DNA of 51,350 nucleotides, the filler included, from Jimgerdemannia flammicorona (taxonomy: Eukaryota): the NCBI GenBank assembly GCA_003990765.1. It is 2 parts of 2 records of this genome, joined end to end, with 100 filler letters (N's around TTAATTAATTAA, not from the genome) between each part and the next. Parts side by side here need not be neighbours in the genome. Positions count along the whole stretch, not along the records: positions 1 to 25,626 come from RBNJ01000810.1; positions 25,727 to 51,350 come from RBNJ01000811.1. One strand, 5' to 3'. The notes below the pieces were generated by a model. That model searched no databases. It saw nothing but the letters and a program-made list of their open reading frames with translations, and was not told the origin of the DNA. This document shows, one piece after another, positions 23,501-35,992 of this stretch (the first letter of the stretch is position 1; each line of letters starts with the position of its first letter). A program made the translations under genes and the position numbers.

Positions 23501-24240
23501 TTTAATTGAGTTCGATATTGGTGATGGAATGGAATGTCAGAGGGGACCAGGCCAGGATCTGTGGCCTAGCAGTTGGCAAGGAGTTGGAATTGGAGAAGAG
23601 TGGAACTGGTAGGGTGTTTAGACCTAGAGTACTGCAGTGTGTAAGTGGATGCTGCCAAAGTACTGGGTGGTATAGTGGCACATGCTATAGAGGAATGTAA
23701 TGCTCAACTTCTGCTCAGGGCACCTTATTGTAGGGGGTTGCTTCAACTGTGAGGAGTACCATAATGTAGAGCAGGAAGAGGGCTTCATACAGACACCAGA
23801 ACATTGGCTAGAAGAGTGTGAGGTGTTGGGAGACTTTTGGCAGGCTATCAGAGAACACTTAGAGGTGAGGGGTAGGAGAGGTAAGGTACAGGGGAGGTGG
23901 GAGGACTTGAGGGATCAATTGGTAAGGGAGGTAGGAAAGGAATAGCTTACCTTAGGCTGGGTAGTGGCTATTTGGGTGGGGCTAGCCAGTTACTAGCTAT
24001 TTGTTTTTGAGGATGGGAGGAGACAGGGTTTGGAGTGCTGGGTGTTGCGGTGGCAGAGTCTTATGAAAGATGCCTTGACAGACTGGTGGCTTGATTGGGG
24101 GCTACAGGGTGGTCAGTGGTGCTACTTGGTGGAGAAAATCTATAAACAGAGTGGTGGGAGAGTTGGTATTGTTGGGGAGAGAGTGATCTTTATTTATGGG
24201 AAGATGGGAGGGGCTCTCCTATGGGAATTGGGTAGTAGGT
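20581..24240 (+). pseudogene. LINE-A1 ORF2: APE endonuclease, RT, C-terminal Cys/His motif
   Basis: SLNMNGL, GGDFN, RIDWI, LDH; PGEDGLP, LDQEKAYD, GVPQGVPLSP, F(A>I)DD, YLGI; CFNC…QTPEHW. Confidence 0.92.
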
Positions 24241-24293
24241 GATGATAGTATATATTATTCATAGACTGGTAATAAAGGTAGAGTCCAAGTGAC

Positions 24294-24345
<52 letters not shown>

Positions 24346-25180
24346 ACAAAAAAAAAAAAAGAGCTCATCAATTTAATCTCATATTCTATAAATAGAATTT
24401 AGTAGGCAGAATTTCATTTACAATTGATATATAGATATCTCTCAATGTAATTTCATTTCTGAGTATTACCAGTTATTGGATTGATCTCAATTGACAACTT
24501 AAATCTCTTACTCTCAACTTTATCAAACTTACTGATCCTCATTCTGGAGAAAATATCACAAATGCTTTTATTAGTTATATCTGAGAGCTTGAAATTACAA
24601 CTAAGATAAAAAAGAAAGAGCTTGCCATCTGGTCAATATTTTGAGAGAAATCTTAAAATAAACAGATTTTAATAATTATTTATTTTTACATAAATTTGTC
24701 AATAGAAAATTTCAAGTATAGATTTTGGCCATTATGATGGACAACTCTACAAATAACTCAATATTTTTTTCAAAATTTAATAGTCAACCTTTAATAGAAA
24801 AATGTGGCTTTTGGTACAGAAAACTATTATATATATTGTCAGATCTATATACTGAACCTTACTGTTCAGGATTATCTTATGCATATAGACAAAATATCCA
24901 GAAGTGAGAGAATTTTGAGTATTGTTTCTAAGCTATGCAAACTGGTTGTATTGATCTGATTATTTCTATAATGATGAGACAAATTCACTACATAGTACAG
25001 AGCAATCAGTTTAGTCCCAAAGAGCTGATATTGGATATCTGTATATATTGAAACTTGATATTTGCAATGATCCAGCATGTGTTAGAGTTTGCTATAGTAT
25101 ATGTTCTTTTTTTGATTGGCTGACAAAAATTGTTTTAGAAGACTGAGAATTATTAATTATTTAATTTCCAACTGGGGGGA

Positions 25181-25211
<31 letters not shown>

Positions 25212-25626
25212 CTGATAGATTCTACAGTTACTGCTGACAAGAAAATGTGTGGTGAGACAATAGATGAAAGTGAGTAGGATATACTAAGAAATGTTGTCAG
25301 AGTTTTGGAAGTAAGTAATGATTGCTTTAGCTCCATATTTATTTTGTCTATCTTTATATAGTAATGTAATAATATACTATTCTTAACTACTAGTGTTTTG
25401 ACAATTGTATAAAGAATATTTTCAAACAAACCACCCCAATAATAAGCTCTACAATACTGATATAATCAATGTTTCTATGTGATCAATATTTAAACCCAAA
25501 ATATATATATATATGTATAATATATATATGTCTTATTTAGAAAGTCTGAAAAAGGAAAGGGGTATGAAAAAGAGAAAGGGCTATAAAGTCCAGCCTAGCC
25601 TAGCAGAAGCAAGTATGGAAAAAAAA

Positions 25627-25726
25627 NNNNNNNNNNNNNNNNNNNNNNNNNNNNNNNNNNNNNNNNNNNNTTAATTAATTAANNNNNNNNNNNNNNNNNN
25701 NNNNNNNNNNNNNNNNNNNNNNNNNN
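25627..25726. other. Assembly gap with artificial linker (44 N, TTAATTAATTAA, 44 N)
   Basis: Symmetric 100-bp pad with an all-frame stop linker. Contiguity across it is not guaranteed. Confidence 0.95.
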
Positions 25727-25837
25727 AAAAAAAAAAAAAAAAAAGGGGAGGGGGACCCAAGGGGTATCGGTTAAGGTGGATGGAGGCATTTATGTATTAT
25801 CTATAGAGAGAGCATAATAAAGGGACGTCCAAGTGAC

Positions 25838-25873
<36 letters not shown>
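25727..25873 (+). mobile_element. Short LINE 3' end with poly(A)
   Basis: AATAAA…GTCCAAGTGACTAT followed by A-run, the same terminus as the other LINEs. Confidence 0.75.
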
Positions 25874-25876
<3 letters not shown>

Positions 25877-26911
25877 ACAAAGTGGTGCAATACTCGTCAT
25901 GCTATGATAATTCACATTGGATGGCAGTTAAGTGCATTCTTCGGTACATCAAAGGAACCGTGGACTATACGCTCAGTTTGGGTGGTGATAATGGGCAAAG
26001 TGGGAGTACTATATGCCTACTTGGTTCTTGTGATACCGATTGGGCCGGTGACTTAGATGATAGAAGGTCTATGACTGGATATATCTTTAAAGTAAACAAC
26101 AGAGTCATTCATGGCAAATGTGTAAGCAACCTTCAGTGGCAATATCCTCTATGCAAGCGGAATATCAAGTGTTGTCAACAGTAACAAAGGAGGCTATCTG
26201 GCTTCGAGAACTATTAAAGGAGCTGGGATACAAGCAACGGCACTCTACACTACTCCAGCAAGATAACCAATCAATGATTGCTTTGGCAAAGAACCCTATA
26301 CATCATGCCAGAATGAAACACATTGACATACAGTATCATTTCATATATGAATGTGTGGAAAATGGCACTATACACCTTGAATATACCCCAACAGAATATA
26401 TTATATGATGGCGGATTCATTGACTAAAGCCCTTCCAAAGACAAAGTTTGACTTATGCATATAAGGAATGGGTATTACGGGACTCTACGCTGGTAATTAA
26501 GGACAATTCAGGATGAGATAGGATAATAGAGTGACAGTAAGCTTCTTTAATATTGATTCTTGCATTGGTAATTTCTACCAACATTGCTCATCTATAAATG
26601 TTCACATTTCTACTTTTCAACCTATTTTTCGAGCTTTAAGCAGGCAATTCGGGTGTTTTTCGGTTTCTAGATAGCAGTCTGAACATTACAGTGAGATTTG
26701 TAGTAGTTATAGCTTAGTATTGCAGTTTGGGAATTTGCATATCTCGTTGAGCGGGAGTATTGAAATATGTAGGTTATAACTCAATATATGGTGGCACAGC
26801 CTTCCTTGACTACATCATTATGTAAACGTCACTAATTGCGATGCGTAAAAGCACATAAGAATTAGCAATAAACAGAATGCTTTCTCCCTCCATTCCAAGT
26901 ATTCCACAACA
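25874..26911 (+). mobile_element. Ty1/copia 3' end: RT end, RNase H, PPT and ~154-bp 3' LTR (26758-26911)
   Basis: CDTDWAGDLDDRRSMTGY, KQPSVAISSMQAEY, DNQS, KHIDIQYHFI and ADSLTKAL; PPT TGAGCGGGAG; LTR ends T(A)TTG…CAACA. Confidence 0.92.
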
Positions 26912-29900
26912 CCAAGGACTAGATCTGGATTCTAATGGATGAGAGGAGAAAGAGGTAGCAGAGAGAGAACTGGAAGTACCTGCAGACAGTTCTCCAGAAT
27001 TTGAAAGTGAAGGAGATGGCAAGAATGAAGACAGCCGAAAATCAGATGAAAGAGGTGGAGACTGCAGAGGTGTCCTTTTTACAGCTGTGAGAGGTGAAGA
27101 GTTCTATTCATATACTAGTAACAGGGAAGTGGGCTGATAAAGAAGAGATGTGGGAGGGGAGTTTTGTGGACATCACAGAGATCAAGAAGACTTCTTTTGC
27201 TCAAACCAAATATACCAAGCTAAGCCATACAAGTATCCTTATGCAAAAGTAATATGTTTTCAAGTTTTCACTTTGTATACTCAGGTATACTAGGTGTAGC
27301 AGAGGTCAAGCATTAAGTTATAGTAAGTTTTATCAAGTTATGATTATTTTTGAGTGAATGGTTAGCCAAAGTTCATCTGGCTCTAAGTATTTAGAGAGAA
27401 GGAGGTCTGGCCTAGGCCTTTCCAAGAGCTATATAGTAACAACTGGAGTAGGCAGTATAGTGGGAGGAACTGGTGATCAGGAGAGAGCTACTAGTATTGA
27501 AGATTGGCACACTATAGTAGTGGGTAGGAGGGTAGTAGTTAGGCCCAAGATAGTAGGACAGAGGAGGTATAGTATTGACAGGAGTGGGTGTTAGGTAACA
27601 GGTCAGGTGATAGGTCAGATGACTGATAGGGGACAGGGGTCTAGTGGTGTAATAGCTGAGACTGATATTTCTGGGGCTGGACTAGTGGCTAGTGGAGAGA
27701 TGGCTGATAGGCTTACTGAGACTGGAGGTGTGACTGCTAGAGTATCTGAAAATAAGAAGAAGGTGATAATAGTAGTTAGTTCTGATGAACTAGTAATATA
27801 CCTGTTTTTTTACAAATTGGTATTGATATGGATAATTTCAGTAAACTTCTTAGAGCAGGGCTTTTCTGCTAGAGAGATACTGTAGCTAGTAGATGAGAAG
27901 GTTGTGGGGGCAGAGTTGCTAAAGTTTATTCTATTAACAGAGACAGTAGAGATTGGCTTTGTAGAGGAGGAGATAATAATGAAGGCTCTGGAAAAAGGAT
28001 TAGTAATCAAGAACATTAAGTTTGGAATGGTAAGGTATCTGAGGTGAGATCTGTATGCTATATATCTAGTGGTGGAAGGGTTGCTGACTTTGGGAAGACA
28101 GAAGACTAAGGAGATTATAGCAGAGATACTGGTGGACTTTGGTGAGTTGCTCAATTTTGGATTCATGTTCTGAGAAGAGATTAAGCTGAAGAATGACAAC
28201 TGTGAGGTGATGGTGAGACTAAAGAGTAAGGAGACCACAGGGTTAGAGAGAGACTGGCCAGAGGTAATTTGTATTGGTGGTCAAGAGTACAAGATGTGGA
28301 GAAGAAAGATATCTGAGTAGGAGGAGGAGGAATTGCTACTTACTCTAAAGGAGAGAGAGACTGTAAAGGATTTGCAAAAGAGGAGATAGAAGGAGTTTAC
28401 TAAGGACTGGATATGGAATCCAACAGACAGAAGGAGAAAGAGATGGTGGAAAAAGAACTGGAAATACCTGCAGATAGTACTCCAGGGTTTAAAAGAGGAG
28501 GAGGTAGTGAGGACAGAGATAGCCAAGAGTCAGATAAAAGAGATAGAGATGGCCAAGGTGTCCTTTTTACAACTGGGGGGTATGGAGAGTTCAGCTCATA
28601 CACCAGTAAAGGAGAAGTGAGTGGATAAGGAGGAGGTGGGAGAGAGGTTTTGAGGATATTACTGAAGTAGTACCAGAGACTCAGTTGGAGGATATCTATA
28701 TGGTAGGGGAAGTGAATATTCATTGGAAGTATCCAGAGCAGGCAAGATAGTGTGGTTGGAGAAGATCACTGAGGAGGATAACCTGGTGGATATGGTCTCT
28801 GATATTTCAGCAGATAGAGAGATACTATAGGAGTTTAGTAGGACCCCTTGGCCTACTACCCCTAGACCTCTGGTGATAATAGTAGACAGCTGGTATCATA
28901 TAGTACTTGAAGAACTTGCAGAGGAGGATATCAAGGAGGTGGATATATTTAATAGGTCTCAGGAGGTCTGGGAGGGATTTCTCAATATTGCTATATAGAG
29001 ACTAAAGTTGGTAATAGCAATGGTAGTAGTATTACTAGATAATGAGAGGTATGATATAGATAAGAACTGAATGGCTGACATCAGGAAAGTGTTATCTGAG
29101 CAGGTGGATATATTCTGCAGTAGTGTGAATGAGGTCTATATTTAGAGGGCTATATGTGAGAAATAAAAGGAAATAATCAATAGATGGGCTGAGAAGGTGA
29201 TAGTGATCTCTATTGAGTTTAAAACAATTTTACTGATAATTATGAACAGTATATATATATTATTGTCAATAGTCTATATGATGGAGTGAAGTATTGGCAT
29301 CTATTTTGTTAGCTTAAAGTCAGAAGGTATGATGTGGTATTTCTTCAAGATATTCATACCTATAGTGGACCAGATTATGAGAAGTAGAGCAAGGAATGGT
29401 ATGGTAGTGCTGGTTGAAATGAGCAGGTGGGTATACTTATTAGTATTGGGAGAGATGAGCTGGTAGAGGTAGAAGTTTATAGTGATTGATTAATATGGGA
29501 TAGATTGAAAGAAAGAGCTGAGAATGGACTAGTGGTGGGCTCTATTTATCTTCCAGTAGTTGGCAGAAAGTGAAAGTAATGGGTAGAGGGCTGGCTAGCT
29601 TGGAGAGAATGAGAGGAGGTGGGGCTGGATATTTTGGAGAGAGACTTTAATATAGTGCACAATAGAAAATTAGACAGATCTGATGGTAGAGTAGAAGTGG
29701 CTATCTCAGCAAGGCTCTCATAATGGCTTCAGTTTGAGAGAGATATGGGATTGGTTAATGGTGTCTGGCAGTATCAGAGAGAAAAGCCAGGGCCCTTCAC
29801 TTGGTGACACCCTATTGGTAAGGATCTGGTGAGAATGAGGATTGATTGAGTTCTAGTGGCTGAATGCTGGGGCAATATACTGGATATTGAGGAGATATAG

Positions 29901-32489
29901 TAGTTCCCTTGGTCAGATTACTGGTGAGTAGAGGTGTGTGGTAGGTTTCAGGCAGTCTGTGGGGATAGAGGTCACTAGCAGCTCAATGTGGCTCTACTCA
30001 GATAACAGGCAGAGCAGAAACAATTTGTGCTAATTGCTAGGTAGAAACTGATATAGTTGAAGAAGGATAGATAGCCAATAGAGTAGTGGTGAGATAAATT
30101 TAAATATTTGGCAGGTGCCTATTGGCATAATATTGGAGAAGTAGCTGGAAAAGAGCAGAAGAACAAAGAGAGGAGAATTGAGTGAGAGCTGTGATAGCAG
30201 TTGAGGTTATTGGAAGGGGAGAACTTATCAGAGGAGAGATAATCACAATTAGCCATAGAGGTGGCTGAGTTAAAGCTAGATCTAAAGGCAGCTAAGGATA
30301 GAGTGGTAGAAGGTCTGTTAGCAAGGCTATAGGCAAAGTGGTTAGAAGAAAGAGAGTGGCCCACTAAATATCTGTTGGGCATTTTGAAGGCCAGGAGGAT
30401 GTAATATAGCTGGACTGCAGTACTGCAAGAAGATGGCACTAAGGTTACCAAAATTGCTGATATATTAGAAGAGGTCTCTGAACAATGGTAAGCTCTCTGG
30501 CAAAATGAAGAGGGGCTTGCAGAGAGTGAGGTTTTATAGGAGGTTAATGACAATTTAGTTGACAGTTGACCAGTGATAGCAGTATTTAAGATAGGTGGAG
30601 TAGTGATAGATACAGTGGTCCTGGATGAGATGTTGGAGATGTTGAGGAAAGTGCAGGCTGGTTCATCACCTGGGAAAGATGGGCTGCCTTTGGAATTCTA
30701 GAAGGAGTTTTGGGTTGAGTTTGATAAATAGTTAATAGAAATGGCAAACTTTATTCTAAGAGAAGGCTGCTGGATTGACAATGGTTCCTTAGAGTTGGTC
30801 TCTTTACTATATGTATAAGGAGAAGAAAGATTAGCACATATGGCAGAATTGGCAACCTATCATATTACTAAATATGGACAGGAAGTTGGTATCTAAGATT
30901 CTAGCTAAGAGAATATAGCAGTGGATCAGCAGGCTAGTGGATGAAGATTAGAGAGATTTTGTTAAGAGAAGGCAGATTAGAGACAGTACTGCCTGGGTAT
31001 AGAATGTCATAGAGAGATGCAGGAGCTGGTAAGTGGATGGGTGAATGGTCTTCTTGGATCAAGAAAAGGCATACAACAGAGTGAGGTGGAATTATTTGGA
31101 AGTAGTACTGTGGAAGGTGGGGTTCAGTACAGTAGATGCTCAAAGATTGATGGGCCTGGTGCATGGCTGCTAAGCAGCAGTGCTGATAAATGAGTGAAGT
31201 GGTCTGGAGTTTGCCTTGAGAATAGGTGTGCTACAGAGTGATCCTCTTTCCCCCCTACTCTATATTTTGTCATTAAAGCCCTTGTTGGCTTGGCTGAAGG
31301 GGTGATTAACTGGAAACAAATAGGGAATGTGGTCTGGAAGCTGGGGGCCTTTGCTGATAATATAGTGGTCAGGCTAGGCTGTATGGAGGATGTGGCAAGC
31401 CTGCAGGAAGGGGTTGGACAGTATGAGAGGCTAGTAAGAGCAAAATTGAATTGAAGCAAGTGTGAGACAATAGAGCTTGGAGCTGGTCTGAGTGCAAATG
31501 AGTGTTTTGAACAAACAGTGGCTATAGGAGAGATAGTCAGATATTTGGGCATCTGATTTTCAGTATATGAGATAGTATTGCCAAAGGAGTGGTGGTGTGA
31601 TATAATGTAGAAGTGGGAGGGAGCTTTGATAGATTGGTCAGAGAGAAGCTTCTTCTTAATGAGAAGTGTAGTAGTTCTGAATATGTATTGGTTACCTAAG
31701 TTATAGTATTTGGGATACTACCTGGATTTTCTTAGATGGGTGGTATAGAGGCTGAAGAAGGTGGTGGAAGAATGGTTGTGACAAGGAAGGTAGCTACAGA
31801 TTAGTTGGGAGACTCTGGTGCTATAGACAGTAGATGGAGGTCTGGGGTTAGTGGATTTCTGGAGATAGTTGAAGGTATTTCAGGGTTGATAGAGCTGTCA
31901 ATTAGCAGAGCTAGGGGTGGATAGTTGGGGCAGACTAGTGATGGACAATTAGGAGGTCAGGTTCTGTCCCCATGATGAGGTTTAGAAGAATATGCAAAGT
32001 TTGCTTCAGGTTGAGCATATCAGTAGATTACTATTTAAGGGGTTCTGGTGGGATATTATAGAGGCCTGGCTGGCCATGAGATTGGCAGGACTAGAGATAG
32101 GAGAGGGGGAGGATCTGTAGTAGAAATGGTGATAATTAGAGGATCTTTGCATTGATAGTCACTAGTTGGCAGAGTACTCTCTATCTGAGACAATGGAATG
32201 GATTAGGGCTGGTCTACTTGAGAGGTGGCCAGTTGGTTGATAGAAGGCTGAATTTAGTGAAAACTGAGAGAGAGATCAGGTCTGGAGTTGGGGGGCTTCC
32301 TTGCTCAAGATAGTACCACCTAAGTATTGGATAGTATAGCAGCAATTCTTGAGGAGGAATGTGATGCTAGATTACTGGACAGAATGGATAGAGGTGAATA
32401 GTGGTAGGAAATGTAAGTGGTGTAATGAGGTAGATAGGGGGGGGGGATGATTCAGATACCAGAACATGTTTTGATAGTAGTGCTCCAAA

Positions 32490-32660
32490 TAGATAGAGTT
32501 GATCTAGATGAGATTTGATTCAGATTCATCATATGATGGATTCAAATCAACTCAGATTAGTCTTGTGATCTGATCCAGATTGATCTGGATTGATCTGGAT
32601 TAATCCATCCAGATTGATCTATCTAGATTGATCTATCTGGATTGATCTATCTGAATTGAA
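32490..32660. repeat. hAT2 left subterminal repeats (ATC(C/T)(A/G)GATTG-type motif)
   Basis: GATCCAGATT, GATCTGGATT and GATCTATCTAGATT iterations. Confidence 0.75.
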
Positions 32661-32899
32661 ATCTTTGGTGATATACTCTTTCTTTTGTTTATTTTTACTC
32701 TTGGTTTTTTTTTCTGCCACACTTTGGTAACATCACCCTTTCTTTTGTTCCCTCTCTTCTTTTGTTCTTTCTTTGTTCTTTTTCTTTGTTCTTTTTTCTT
32801 TCCTGCCACATTATGAGTAAATATAACAGTAGCCCTTAATAATATATTGGTCTAGTCTACTCATTTTTTACCCTACAATAATCATTAAAAGAGAGAGTA

Positions 32900-34911
32900 T
32901 TTAAGGTAGAAATACACTCTCTGCTGATAATGTTAGATTCTTTCTCATATGAACAACACACAAGTTACTCATTGAGAGCTAAAGAAGTAATGGCAGTGAT
33001 AATAGCAGTGGTGATGATGATGGTGGTGGCAATAGTGGTGGTAATGGCAGAGATGAGAGAGAATTCTGGTAACAACTCATAGTAGCCCTTTGGATCTCAG
33101 AATTCACAGACCTCATAGCTATATATATAATAGCCTTTTTGGAGCAGCCAATAGTAGATGTAGGTTGCTCACTCTACCACTACTTGTTTACTTGTGTTTA
33201 TTCAAATTTCTCTGGTATGACCCAATTTACCTTGTACTTTTCTTAGGGTCCACAGCTCTATGGTGAGATCTGCTGACTTTATTCACAATATCTAGTTAAG
33301 ATGAAGAAAGGCTGGCAGATGTTGCAGAGCATGCCTTTGGTGGCTGAGCTATTGAGTCAATGCATTGTGTAGTGGAGGTCTCAAAAGGAATAGAAGCAAG
33401 CCTTTGTGAGCAATCTTGTGCAACTTGTGCAACTTGTGCAACTTATTGACATATAACTCATCAGCATGCAACTCACTAACTCACTCACTCATGCTCTTTT
33501 TCTGAAATACCCATCTCCATGTTTTATTTAACTTCATTTTTGATATGGTCTTCCTCTAAAAAACACCCACACCTGCATGCAACCTATCTGCACACAACCC
33601 ACCCACATGTAACTTGTTCACACACAACCCATCATCTGTATATAACCTATCTGCATACTTATCTTGGCCCCTCAGATCAGTGCTCAGTTCTATTGGAAAG
33701 GAGAGTTCAAAGTTACCTGAGTTCAACTATGTCTGGTATCTGATCAAATAGAGAAATTTGAGAGCAAGATGTTCAGCATGAGCAGTACTAGCATCATCAT
33801 CAAGGCTTGGGGGTCTACATTTGAATCAGAGCCAATTGTTCTTAACCAAAGAGTCTATTGGCCAGCAGGAGTAACCAACAATGGAGAGAATCATATTATT
33901 ATTAATAAATGCAGAGAGGTGGTTGTGATAGTGATAAGGAATCTCTATAGTGATGAGCTTCACCACCACATCAACAAGGTTTGCAAGGATTGTGTCAAAT
34001 ACTGGATAGCAGGAAAGAGGGGGTAAAAAAAGCAAGGAGGGGGGGTTTGGACAGAAATTGGGTATACTGCAATACTGGTGAAGGGTGGGTTCCAGAGTTC
34101 TGAAATCTCCTGCACTCATCTCCTTTTTTTTAATCCTCCCCAGATAATTACACTTTTTGCTGACATACTCTTTTAATACAATTCCAGAGATGCACAAGAT
34201 TCTGTATCTCTATCAGAACTTTTGAAGAGCAAACTGTGTATGAGCATGATATGGCCTATACAGTAATAACAGCTATAATCTTGGGTTCTTTGAGCAGATT
34301 GATAGAGCATACAGCAGGCCAGCTTAGTGGTGATCTTGGCATGGCTATATATATATTCTTGGCACAATTTAGCATGCTGTATAAAGTGAGGAGCTTCACT
34401 TTTTTTGGGTGCTGTGACCTGGGGGGTTTCTGCAGCCTGGGGGATTTCTGCTCCCTATATACAAAAAGGACTGACCAGATGCTGTCTATCTGGCAGATTT
34501 CTAAGCTAGGGCTCCTAGGGCTGGACCAAGAGCAGGCATTCACCAGCACAGCCTGGCAGTATGAGGTTCTGGGCCAAGAGTTCACCCAACTGTACACTTA
34601 TGTCACATCAGGATATATATATTGGGTATAACATTTCTCTGCCCATATATATAGACAACAATGTCACTCTAATAATATTTTATATCCTGAAAAGGAAGGG
34701 CCCAACCTGGGAGAATAGTGGCAGAGTCTAGTATGATCTCACTTATGGTTTCAGGGTTCTGTTTGCAGCCAACATAGCTGTCCTATTCTAACTACATGAC
34801 TACTATGGCACTATTACCTTTGAGGAGAGCTCAGACACAACAGTTGTCATACTTACAACAGATAACAGGCTCATCAAGGCCTGGGATCAGTGGGTGGAGC
34901 AGATTTTGTGA
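32900..34911 (+). pseudogene. Intron-containing TET/JBP-like 2OG-Fe(II) dioxygenase cargo gene, RIP-inactivated; 5' limit uncertain
   Basis: Exons read VVVIVIRN…GVWTEIGYTA, then SGYIGYNISLPI[H]xDNN…YGFRVLFAANIAVLF…DY[H]GT…VVILTTDNRLIKAW, stop 34909-34911. Both His codons are TAT (inferred from CAT). Introns 34085-34187 and 34386-34496 have GT…CTGAC…CAG. Confidence 0.65.
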
Positions 34912-35013
34912 GAGTTAGGCAATCTTTCATGAGGGTTAGGCAATCTTTCATGAGAGTTAGGCAATCTTTCATAAGAGTTAAGCAATCTTTTGTGAGAGTT
35001 TGGCAGTCATTTT
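34909..35013. repeat. Five copies of a 21-bp tandem repeat TGAGAGTTAGGCAATCTTTCA
   Basis: Directly visible, beginning at the cargo gene stop codon. Confidence 0.9.
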
Positions 35014-35289
35014 GTATAGGTTGGGCTAGCAGCCAGGCACCTCTTCTGTAGTACTAGTTTAGCCATTATACTGGGCCCTACTGGCCCCTTGGCTTTGCTC
35101 TTATAGTGTTACTTGTATAGTGCTACAGCATAGGACCAGGGTGTCCATGAGATCCAAACCAGCAATAGGGTCTGAATCTGTGGTGGACTTTGATCACTGA
35201 AAGTATTCTCTGATTACTGGAAATGTCCTTCAACCACCAGAAGCACCCTCTGACTGCCAGAAGTACCCTCTGATCTAGACTTGGACTCC

Positions 35290-35850
35290 TTGGTGGCTTG
35301 GGGCTGCCCCTATACTGCTGGCAGAGGACTACAAATTTTGTACACTCTCTCTACCAATCCTACTGACCCCTGGCTCAGACACAGGTTGCTGGAGAGAGCC
35401 CCATACTACTGGTGTTACAAATTTTGCATGCTCTCTCTATCTGCCCTGCCTATTCCAGATACTTGTAGCTTGGGGCTACCTCTTGCTGCCAGTGGAGAGC
35501 TACAAATTTTGTACACTCCCTCCACTGACTCTATGTCTACAAATCCTGCCAATCAACCCTACCCACTGACCCAGATACTGACAGCTTGGGGCTGCCTCTC
35601 ACTGCTGACAGAGGGCTACAAATTTTGTATACTCTCTCTATCTACCCCCCCCCTCCACCAACCTCCCTATCTCAGACACTTGTGGCTTAGGGCTGCTCCT
35701 TGCTGCCAGTAGAGAGCTACAAATTTTGCATGCTCTCTCTGCCAACCCCATGCCCACCAACCTGCCCACCAATCTGGACACTGACAGCTTGGGGCTGTCT
35801 CTTGCTGCTGACAGAGGACTACAAATTTTGTATGCTCTCTTCACCACTGC
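35290..35850. repeat. About six copies of an 85-115-bp repeat (GCTTGGGGCTGC…CTACAAATTTTG(T/C)A) inside hAT2
   Basis: TACAAATTTTG occurs at ~35330, 35417, 35501, 35617, 35718 and 35820. Confidence 0.85.
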
Positions 35851-35992
35851 CAACCCCACTGACCACTGCCCCACTTAGGCTACAAACTTCAGACCAAGTC
35901 CTTAGGTTTTTTTATTTTTTTATTTTTGAAAGATATTAAATATTCCATAAGGCCAACCAACTTATCTGCAAACCCCCAGGACCTACTGAATT

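Larger units (their letters stand above)
18444..24357 (+). mobile_element. Full-length L1/Tx1-like LINE, family A, copy A1
   Basis: 15-bp TSD AAAGAGCTCATCAAT (18429-18443, 24358-24372), poly(A) tail and two ORFs. The empty site is visible in hAT2 at ~39787-39801. Confidence 0.95.
5127..25460 (+). mobile_element. hAT DNA transposon copy 1, fragmented (5127-5611, 11614-11761, 17790-18443, 24358-~25460); far end not in the contig
   Basis: Starts with TIR TAGTGCTCTAAATGAG, matching the hAT2 end at 40857. The pieces are colinear with the reverse complement of hAT2. De-RIPed transposase motifs include ISFTIDxW (~24412) and ILAIxMDNSTNN (~24722). Confidence 0.85.

Noticed and set aside
25671..25682. 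TTAATTAATTAA palindrome inside the N-run
   Set aside because: Artificial scaffold linker centred in a 100-bp pad, not biological.
35281..35939. ORFs 35281..35712, 35638..35874 and 35700..35939 as repeat proteins
   Set aside because: They are translations of the tandem DNA repeat, and the unit appears in shifting frames.
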